Part shown: one piece after another, positions 19,395 to 26,094 of the stretch
Layout of the letters: the number at the start of each line of letters is the position of its first letter
Position numbering within the stretch: the first letter of the stretch is position 1
Source of the DNA: Alphaproteobacteria bacterium
Lineage (GTDB): Bacteria; Pseudomonadota; Alphaproteobacteria; MPNO01
Direction: 5' to 3'
NCBI GenBank assembly: GCA_965248835.1
Contig: CBDFLJ010000002.1
Location: 2,542,848 to 2,606,847, forward strand
Length of the DNA stretch: 64,000 nucleotides
Notes under the pieces: generated by a model
Seen by the model: only the letters and a program-made list of their open reading frames with translations
Database searches by the model: none
Told to the model about the DNA's origin: nothing
Made by a program: the position numbers and the translations under genes

Positions 19395-20183
19395 ATGGAG
19401 ATCGACGTCGACAAGACCGCCCATTACGACAGCCTCAAGGACCGGGTGGTGATCATCACCGGCGGCGGCCAGGGGATCGGCCGCGGCTATGCCCATCACT
19501 TCGCTGCCCAGGGCGCGATTCCGGTGATCGCCGAGCTCAACGGCGAAAACGGCGCGCGGGTCCAGGCCGAGGTCGAGGAAAACGGCGGCCGGGCGCTCGC
19601 AATCCAGACCGACGTCGCGAGCCAGACCGACGTGCTGGCGCTGGCCGACAAGACGCTGGCCGCCTTTGGGCGGATCGATTGCCTGATCAACAACGCGGCC
19701 GTCTTCTCGCGCATCACCATGGCGCCCTTCTGGGAGCTGCCGGTGGACGAGTGGAAGGCGGCGATGGACGTCAACGTCACCGGCTCGTTCCTGTGTGCGC
19801 GGGCCGTGGTGCCGGCAATGCAGGCAGCGCGCTGGGGCCGCATCGTCAACGTCACCTCGGGCACGGTTAAGACCGGGCCGCCCAACTATCTCCACTACGT
19901 CACCTCGAAGGCGGCGATGATCGGCATGACGCGGTCGATGGCGCGCGAGCTCGGCGAATGGAACATCACCGTGAACACCTTCTGGCCCGGCGTCACCAAG
20001 ACCGAGGTCGAGCGTCCCTCGGTGCCGGAGCACATGTTCGCCGAGTTCGTCAAACAGCAGGTCGTCAAGCGCTCGACCCGTCTGGAAGACATGGCCAAGC
20101 CGATGATGTTCCTGTGCTCGGACGAGGCTTCCTACATCACCGGCCAGATCATGGAAGCCGACGGCGGGCTGAACTTTGGTTGA
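19395..20183 (+). CDS. SDR family oxidoreductase
   Basis: 'ITGGGQGIG', 'NNAA', 'YVTSK', 'YITGQ'; RBS GGAGG. Confidence 0.93.
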   Translation: MEIDVDKTAHYDSLKDRVVIITGGGQGIGRGYAHHFAAQGAIPVIAELNGENGARVQAEVEENGGRALAIQTDVASQTDVLALADKTLAAFGRIDCLINNAAVFSRITMAPFWELPVDEWKAAMDVNVTGSFLCARAVVPAMQAARWGRIVNVTSGTVKTGPPNYLHYVTSKAAMIGMTRSMARELGEWNITVNTFWPGVTKTEVERPSVPEHMFAEFVKQQVVKRSTRLEDMAKPMMFLCSDEASYITGQIMEADGGLNFG

Positions 20184-20223
20184 GGGCGCGCCGGAAAACA
20201 CCCCGACGAGCGGAGGAACGGGC

Positions 20224-21393
20224 GTGTCGGAACAGGCCGGCATGCGTTGGGTCGGGACCTGGACCTCGACGCCGGCGGCGACCGAAGGCATCGCGCTCGA
20301 CGGCCAGACCGTGCGCATCATCGCCCATGTCAGCATCGGCTGCCGGGTGCTGCGGGTCCGCCTGTCGAACGCCTACGGGCTGGACAAGCTCGACATCGGC
20401 GCGGCGACCGTGGCGCTTCGCAGCGAAGGGACCGGCATCGTCCCGGGCTCTTTGCGGGCGCTCACGTTCAACGGATCGCCGTCCACCAGGATCGCCGCCG
20501 GGGCGCTGGCGGTGAGCGATCCGGTGGCGCTCGACGTCGCCCCGCTTTCCGACCTGGCGGTCAGCATCCATCTGCCGCGCCCGCTGGGCGAGGACTTCCG
20601 GATCACCGGCCATACCACCGCGCGGCAGACCAACTATATCTCGCCTGTCGGCGACTTCACCGGACAGGCCGCAATGCCGATCGACAAGACGGTCGAAGCC
20701 GCCCTGATCCTCAGCGGTATCGACGTGCTCGCCCCGCCCGGCACCGCCGGGATCGTTGCCCTGGGCGATTCGCTGACCGATTGCAACATCTCCACGGTCG
20801 ATGCGAACAACCGCTGGCCCGACCAGTTCGCGCGCCGACTCGTCGCACGCGGCGGAGGCGGCCCGCCGGGCGTGATGAATCAGGGCATCGGCGGCAATCG
20901 CCTGATTCACGACGCCCGCGGCGGCAGCACACAACGCCGCTTCGACCGCGACGTGCTCTCACAGACCGGGGTCACGCATGTCATCGTGTTCATCGGCATC
21001 AACGATCTGCGCAACCGCTCGCGCAAGCCCGAGGAGGAGGTCACCGCCGAGGAGATGATCGCCGGCCTCCATCAGCTTGCGCTGCGCGCACGGACCGCCG
21101 GGCTGAAGGTCTTTGGCGGCACCTTGCTGACCTTCGAGCACGAGAACTACTTGCCGCCGCCGGGGCTGCCGGGCCTGTACACGCCCGAGGGCGAGGAAAA
21201 GCGGCAGGCGATCAACAGTTGGATCCGCTCCGGCGGCGCGTTCGATGCCGTAATCGATTTCGAAAAGGCGCTGCGCGATCCCGCGCACCCGACGCAAATG
21301 CTGCCCGAATACGACTGCGGCGATCACCTCCACCCCAGCGACGCGGGCTATTTGCACATGGGCGACATCATCGACCTGTCGCTGTTCGACTAG
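20224..21393 (+). CDS. SGNH/GDSL hydrolase
   Basis: 'ALGDSLTD', 'NQGIGGNRL', 'GINDL', 'GDHLHPSDAGY'. GTG start after GGAGGA. Confidence 0.9.
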   Translation: MSEQAGMRWVGTWTSTPAATEGIALDGQTVRIIAHVSIGCRVLRVRLSNAYGLDKLDIGAATVALRSEGTGIVPGSLRALTFNGSPSTRIAAGALAVSDPVALDVAPLSDLAVSIHLPRPLGEDFRITGHTTARQTNYISPVGDFTGQAAMPIDKTVEAALILSGIDVLAPPGTAGIVALGDSLTDCNISTVDANNRWPDQFARRLVARGGGGPPGVMNQGIGGNRLIHDARGGSTQRRFDRDVLSQTGVTHVIVFIGINDLRNRSRKPEEEVTAEEMIAGLHQLALRARTAGLKVFGGTLLTFEHENYLPPPGLPGLYTPEGEEKRQAINSWIRSGGAFDAVIDFEKALRDPAHPTQMLPEYDCGDHLHPSDAGYLHMGDIIDLSLFD

Positions 21394-21459
21394 CGCTTGT
21401 GCATTGCGGGTCCCGCCGGCCCGGGCTAGTGTTTTCACGATCACAACGGGAGCTGCGAC

Positions 21460-21891
21460 ATGCCCTATTCAACGCCCGGCCATCCCGAGTTCGAAACGCT
21501 CGACAAGCTGGTCTCGCGCTACGTCGATGCCAAGGCCATCCCCTGGGTCGAGCTGCCCTTCAAGGGTGTGGAGGGCAAGATCCTGTTGCGCGACGACCAG
21601 GGCGTGCGCACCGCGCTGGCGCGTATGGCGCCAGGCGGCGAGATCCCGCACCACGAGCACACCGGTCTCGAACAGACATTCGTTATCGAAGGCAGCTTCG
21701 AGGACCATGACGGGGTGTGCAGCGCAGGCGAATATGTCTGGCGTCTAACCGGCAACCGCCACGTCGCGCGCTCCAAGAACGGCTGCCTGATGCTGGTGTG
21801 CTTCGAATCGCCCAACATCTACCTGTCGGGCGATATGGAGGGCATGACCATGGAAGCCTACATGGAGCAGAAGGCCGCGGCGCCGGCATAG
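21460..21891 (+). CDS. ChrR-like cupin domain protein
   Basis: 'MAPGGEIPHHEHTGLEQTFVIEGSFED', 'GEYVWR..GNRH'. Confidence 0.85.
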   Translation: MPYSTPGHPEFETLDKLVSRYVDAKAIPWVELPFKGVEGKILLRDDQGVRTALARMAPGGEIPHHEHTGLEQTFVIEGSFEDHDGVCSAGEYVWRLTGNRHVARSKNGCLMLVCFESPNIYLSGDMEGMTMEAYMEQKAAAPA

Positions 21892-21915
21892 GACGCGGAG
21901 CAGGCTGGATTTCGA

Positions 21916-23112
21916 TCAGCGTCTGAAAGCCTGCTGACGGGCGAAAAATTTGTCGATCGCTGCGATGACGGCCTCGGCGATGCGGGCCCGTTCCGCCGGG
22001 CTGGTCAGCCGCCTCTCGTCGGACCGGTTGGACAGATGGCCGAGTTCGACCAGAACCGATGGGACATCGGGCGCCTTGAGGACCGCGAACCCGGCGAAGC
22101 GATGGGTGTTGCGCAGCAGCAACCGCACCTTGCCGAGCGCGCGGGTCAGCGATTTGGCGAACACCGCGGATTCGTTCATGGTCTCGCGCTGCGCCAGATC
22201 GATCAGGATCGACGCGACGTCCGAGCTCTGGCGGGTCAGGTTGATGCCGGCGATCACGTCGGCCTTGTTTTCCTTGGCCGCGAGTGCGGCGGCCTTGGCG
22301 TCAGAGGCCCGTTCGGAGAGCGTGTAGACCGAGGCGCCGCGGATGCGCCGGTTCCTGTTCGAATCGGCATGGAGCGAGATGAACAGATCCGCATCCGCGG
22401 CGCGCGCGATCGCCACCCGCTTATGCAGTCGCACGAAGCGATCGCGCGCGCGCGTCAGCACCACGCGGTAGCGCCCGGTGGCGCGCAGCCGCTTGGCGAG
22501 GACCAGCGCGTGGCCGAGCGTGACACGCTTCTCGCGCGTGCCGCTGACCCCGATCGCGCCGGGATCGACACCGCCATGGCCGGGATCGATCGCGATGACC
22601 GGCCGGGGCTTGGCCTTCGGGCGCGGCCTGGGCGGCGTCCGGATCCGCGCGGCCGCACCGGTCTCGGCCGGAGGCGCGGACCGACGCGCCCGGCCGGCGA
22701 ACTCGGCGCTGCCGATCGTCCGTATATCGATCACCAGCCGGTGACCCTGGCCGCCCAAGGGCGGCAGGATGAAGGATTTCGCAACCTCCACCGGCCCGGC
22801 GACGTCCAGCACGACCCGCGAGACGCCGTCGCGGAAATGGCCGTATCGGAAGGCCTGGATCAGCCCGCCGGTCGGGATCTTAAGCAGGCCGAGCTTCCAG
22901 CCGACTTGCGGCAGGTCGATGACCACGCGGTAGGGATCGCCGAGCGTGAAGACCTTGAACCCGACCGAGGCCGACAGGTCGAGGACGAAGCGGGTCTTGT
23001 CGAGACCCTGTCCGATCCGCACGCCGGTGACGTCGGGAGCCCCGGCAGCCGGTCCCGCGAGCCCGATCGCCACAAGGGCAGCCACCCGAATCGTCCGGCA
23101 TCTTCGCCACAT
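21916..23112 (-). CDS. amiC: N-acetylmuramoyl-L-alanine amidase (AMIN + Amidase_3)
   Basis: 'TRFVLDL', 'IDPGHGGVDPGA', 'FISLHADS', 'VLKAPDVPSVLVELG'. Confidence 0.92.
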   Translation of the reverse strand: MWRRCRTIRVAALVAIGLAGPAAGAPDVTGVRIGQGLDKTRFVLDLSASVGFKVFTLGDPYRVVIDLPQVGWKLGLLKIPTGGLIQAFRYGHFRDGVSRVVLDVAGPVEVAKSFILPPLGGQGHRLVIDIRTIGSAEFAGRARRSAPPAETGAAARIRTPPRPRPKAKPRPVIAIDPGHGGVDPGAIGVSGTREKRVTLGHALVLAKRLRATGRYRVVLTRARDRFVRLHKRVAIARAADADLFISLHADSNRNRRIRGASVYTLSERASDAKAAALAAKENKADVIAGINLTRQSSDVASILIDLAQRETMNESAVFAKSLTRALGKVRLLLRNTHRFAGFAVLKAPDVPSVLVELGHLSNRSDERRLTSPAERARIAEAVIAAIDKFFARQQAFRR

Positions 23113-23140
23113 CTTGGAGGTTCCCGAACACCAACCACTA

Positions 23141-23170
23141 TATATACTCGAATTGAGCGAAAATATTCAA
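23141..23170 (-). promoter_or_regulatory. Putative sigma70 promoter for amiC
   Basis: Minus strand TTGAAT-N18-TATATA in an AT-rich patch about 30 bp upstream of the ATG. Confidence 0.5.
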
Positions 23171-23192
23171 CGTCTCGGCGGGCGCATGGCGC

Positions 23193-23714
23193 CTATTCCA
23201 GGATCCGGTAATTGCCGCGATAGCGCGCCATGAGGTCGATGTAGTCCTGGGCGCCGCGGGCGATCCAATCCGCAGCGGTCCCTTCGAGCGGCTTGCGGAC
23301 GCTGGCCGGGGTTCCGGCGGCGAGGCTGCGGGCCGGCACCTCGCAGCCTTCGCGGACGACGCTGCCGGCGCCGATGATCGATTCCGGCCCGATGCGCGCA
23401 CCGTCAAGGACGACCGCGCCCATGCCGATCAGGCTCGACCGGCCGATCCAGCAATCGTGCAGGATCGCGCCGTGGCCGACGGTCACCCGGTCCTCGAGCA
23501 CGGTGCCGTGCTCGGACTCGGCGTGGATGACCACATTGTCCTGGATGTTGGAGTCCGCGCCGACCCGAATCGGCCCCAGATCGCCCCGCAGAACCGCGCC
23601 GAACCAGACGCTGACGCCGTCCTCGATCACTACGTCGCCGAGGATCACCGCGGTCGGGGCGATGAAAACATTCCCGCCGATTTTGGGCGCAGTACCCTCG
23701 AAGGCGATCAGCAT
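23193..23714 (-). CDS. Gamma carbonic anhydrase family protein (YrdA/CaiE/PaaY-like)
   Basis: Hexapeptide repeats; 'SVWFGAVLRGD', 'SNIQDNVVIH', 'TVGHGAILH' (three Zn-His). Confidence 0.9.
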   Translation of the reverse strand: MLIAFEGTAPKIGGNVFIAPTAVILGDVVIEDGVSVWFGAVLRGDLGPIRVGADSNIQDNVVIHAESEHGTVLEDRVTVGHGAILHDCWIGRSSLIGMGAVVLDGARIGPESIIGAGSVVREGCEVPARSLAAGTPASVRKPLEGTAADWIARGAQDYIDLMARYRGNYRILE

Positions 23715-23727
23715 GCGGGCCGCGCGG

Positions 23728-23982
23728 TCAGTCGCGCAGGTCGTTGAGCGCGAGGATGGCGTATTCCTCGATATTGCCCATCGCATTGCCCCGCACGACT
23801 TCGGCCAGCTCCTGGTGGTCGTCGACGTCGACCAGGCTCGCGTAGCCCTTGAGCCCGGCGATCGGGAAGACCTTTGCGCGATTGCTCGCCCCGAGTTCGA
23901 CGAAATGATTGACGCAGGCACCGACCGGCGCGTCCTTGGTGCGGTGCGGCGGGGGCCGGTTGATGATCAGGAACTTCGCCAT
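23728..23982 (-). CDS. Small muconolactone isomerase/DUF3303-like protein (paralog B)
   Basis: RBS GAGG; 'DVDDHQELAEVVRGNAMGNIEEYAILAL' resembles the neighbouring gene and the dimeric alpha-beta barrel family. Confidence 0.6.
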   Translation of the reverse strand: MAKFLIINRPPPHRTKDAPVGACVNHFVELGASNRAKVFPIAGLKGYASLVDVDDHQELAEVVRGNAMGNIEEYAILALNDLRD

Positions 23983-24008
23983 GTCGATGTCCTCGTGCCG
24001 TGCCGTGC

Positions 24009-24311
24009 TCAGGTGATGATCCCCGCCTCGCGCATCGCAGCCGTCTCGCCTTCCAGCGTCCCCAGCGGGTAGACTTGGTATTCGCCCCAGCTTCCCAGCG
24101 GGTTGCGAAACAGGATGGCCATCAACTCATCGTGGTCCTCGACGTCGAGGAACACCGCGAACCCTGCGCCATTGTCCTCGACGATCTCATAGACCTCCGC
24201 CTTGCCCTCATCGCGCAGCGCCCGCCATTGGGCGCGCGCGCCCTCGACATTGGCCTTGGCCGGGATCGGTTTCTTGGGCCGGGCCAGGACCAGAAATTTC
24301 GACATCGCCAT
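24009..24311 (-). CDS. Small muconolactone isomerase/DUF3303-like protein (paralog A)
   Basis: RBS GAGGG; 'FLDVEDHDELMAILFRNPLGSWGEYQVYPL' resembles the CatC/DUF3303 C-terminal pattern. Confidence 0.65.
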   Translation of the reverse strand: MAMSKFLVLARPKKPIPAKANVEGARAQWRALRDEGKAEVYEIVEDNGAGFAVFLDVEDHDELMAILFRNPLGSWGEYQVYPLGTLEGETAAMREAGIIT

Positions 24312-24331
24312 CCCTCGGACCCCGCCGTTGG

Positions 24332-24403
24332 CTAGAGCCTGTTCCGAACAAGCCGGGCGGCAGGCCGGGCCGGGCCGGCTTGATCAGATCGGAACATGCG
24401 TCA
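24332..24403. repeat. Palindromic intergenic repeat element (TAGAGC...-type alphaproteobacterial repeat)
   Basis: Nested inverted repeats TGTTCCGA(24340-47)/TCGGAACA(24389-96) and CAAGCCGG(24349-56)/CCGGCTTG(24375-82). Related partial copies elsewhere in the window. Confidence 0.65.
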
Positions 24404-25651
24404 GTCCCTGACCGCGCCGATCAGATCGATTTCGACCATCGAGCCCGGCACCAGGAGGCCGGTCGTGCCGACCGTGGTGCGCGCCGGCGGCGTCCTGAAA
24501 TATTCTTTCCAGACCTCATCGAAGGCATCGAACTGGTTGAGGTCCTCCAGGAACACCTGGGCCTTGACCACCTCATCGAGGCTGCTGCCGGCCGCGGCGA
24601 AAGTCTTGGCCAGATTCTTGAGCACGTAGTGCGTGCGCTTTTTGATGTCCGAGCCGTAGAACGGAAACGCCGGGTCGCAACGCGCCTCGACCGGCACCCC
24701 GGTCTCGAAGTCCGAGGGAAGCTGGCCCGCGGCGAACACCAGGTCGCCCACCCGATAGGCCTCGGTATAGTTCGCCAGCGGCTGCGGCGCGTCGGATTTA
24801 ATCGCGCGGCATGCGGTCGCGCCCGGCACATAGCCGATCAGGTCGATCTCGATCATCGAGCCCGGCACCAGGAGGCCGGTCGTGCCGATCGTCGTGCGCG
24901 CCGGCGGGGACTTGAAATATTCTTTCCAAACCTCATCGAAAGCATTGAATTCGTTAAGGTTTTCGAGAAAGACCTGGGCCTTGACGACGTGGTCTAGCGA
25001 GGAACCTGCCGCCGCGAAGGTCCTGGCCAGGTTGTTGAGCACGTAGTGCGTGCGCTTCTTGATGTCCGAGCCGTAGAACGGAAACGCCGGATCGACGCGC
25101 GCCTCGGGCGGAATCCCGGTCTTGAAGTCCGAGGGAAGCTGGCCAGCAGCGAACACCAGGTCGCCCACCCGATAAGCCTCGGTATAGTTCGCCAGCGGCT
25201 GCGGCGCATCCGAGGTGACCGAGATGCAGTCGAGTTCGCCCGGCACGTAGCCGATCAGGTCGATCTCGATCATCGCATCCTTGACCAGGAGCCCGGTTGT
25301 GCCGACCGTCGTGCGTGCCGGCGGCGTCCTGAAATATTCTTTCCAGACCTCATCGAAGGCATTGAATTCGTTAAGGTCCTCCAGAAAGACCTGTGCCTTG
25401 ACGACGTGGTCGAGCGAGGAACCAGCAGCCTCGAAGGTCTTGGTGAGGTTGTCGAGCACGTATCGCGTGCGCTTCTTGATGTCCGAGCCGTAGAACGGAA
25501 ACGCCGGATCGACGCGTGCCTCGGGCGGGATCCCGGTCTTGAAATCGCTCGGCAGTTGTCCGGCGGCGAACACCAGCCCGCCCGCACGATAGGCCTCGGT
25601 ATAGTTGGCAAGCGGCTGCGGGCTATTGGACTTTATGGCTTCGACGCGCAC
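24401..25651 (-). CDS. Protein of three tandem RidA/YjgF/UK114 domains
   Basis: Three units of about 139 aa, each with 'PQPLANYTEAY', 'VFAAGQLP', 'AGSSLD.VVKAQVFL', 'PPARTT' and 'EIDLIG'. RBS GGGAGG. Confidence 0.92.
   Translation of the reverse strand: MRVEAIKSNSPQPLANYTEAYRAGGLVFAAGQLPSDFKTGIPPEARVDPAFPFYGSDIKKRTRYVLDNLTKTFEAAGSSLDHVVKAQVFLEDLNEFNAFDEVWKEYFRTPPARTTVGTTGLLVKDAMIEIDLIGYVPGELDCISVTSDAPQPLANYTEAYRVGDLVFAAGQLPSDFKTGIPPEARVDPAFPFYGSDIKKRTHYVLNNLARTFAAAGSSLDHVVKAQVFLENLNEFNAFDEVWKEYFKSPPARTTIGTTGLLVPGSMIEIDLIGYVPGATACRAIKSDAPQPLANYTEAYRVGDLVFAAGQLPSDFETGVPVEARCDPAFPFYGSDIKKRTHYVLKNLAKTFAAAGSSLDEVVKAQVFLEDLNQFDAFDEVWKEYFRTPPARTTVGTTGLLVPGSMVEIDLIGAVRD
24410..25630. repeat. Intragenic direct repeat, 3 x 417 bp
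   Basis: The anchor AGCGGCTGCGG recurs at 24777, 25194 and 25611 (spacing 417); long identical DNA stretches between copies. Confidence 0.92.
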
Positions 25652-25680
25652 ATCTGCCTCCCGTTGGACGGCGTCCGGTC

Positions 25681-25709
25681 ATCTAACTAGCCGCCGGTTA
25701 GGGTGTCAA
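25681..25709 (-). promoter_or_regulatory. Putative sigma70 promoter of the triple-Rid operon
   Basis: Minus strand perfect TTGACA (25709-25704), N17, then TTAGAT; about 30 bp upstream of the ATG. Confidence 0.6.
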
Positions 25710-25753
25710 TCGAGCCGGATTCGGTCGCGGACCGGACCCGTGTGCGTTATTGG

Positions 25754-25782
25754 TTGAGCGGCGGCGCTGCCAAGTCTATACT
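25754..25782 (+). promoter_or_regulatory. Putative sigma70 promoter of rne
   Basis: TTGAGC-N17-TATACT, implying a leader of about 300 nt before the ATG at 26095. Confidence 0.62.
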
Positions 25783-26094
25783 ACTTGAACCGCCTGAGGG
25801 TGGTCGCGCATCGGCAAGCGATGCGCGAGCGCAGCGGACGGCGCACGGCATGCGATCTGCGATGCCTGTCCGTGGCGCGGCGCACCTGAAGATCCTAGGA
25901 GAAAATCACGGCCGCGCTTCCAAAAGGCCCCGAACACGGCTGCCGCCACCGATCGGTTGGGGGAAATGCCCGGCTTCGCGCCGTGCACCCCGATCGCGGC
26001 ACGGCGCCGCGGGCCCTGCCGGCCACCAGACAGCCGCACGCGCCCGGACGACCGAACAACGGGTCGTCGGGCGCCGGCCTCGGAGACCCAATTC

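Noticed and set aside
24401-25651. CRISPR array or collapsed assembly repeat
   Set aside because: The units are 417-bp in-frame coding domains with scattered substitutions, with no spacers and no cas genes.
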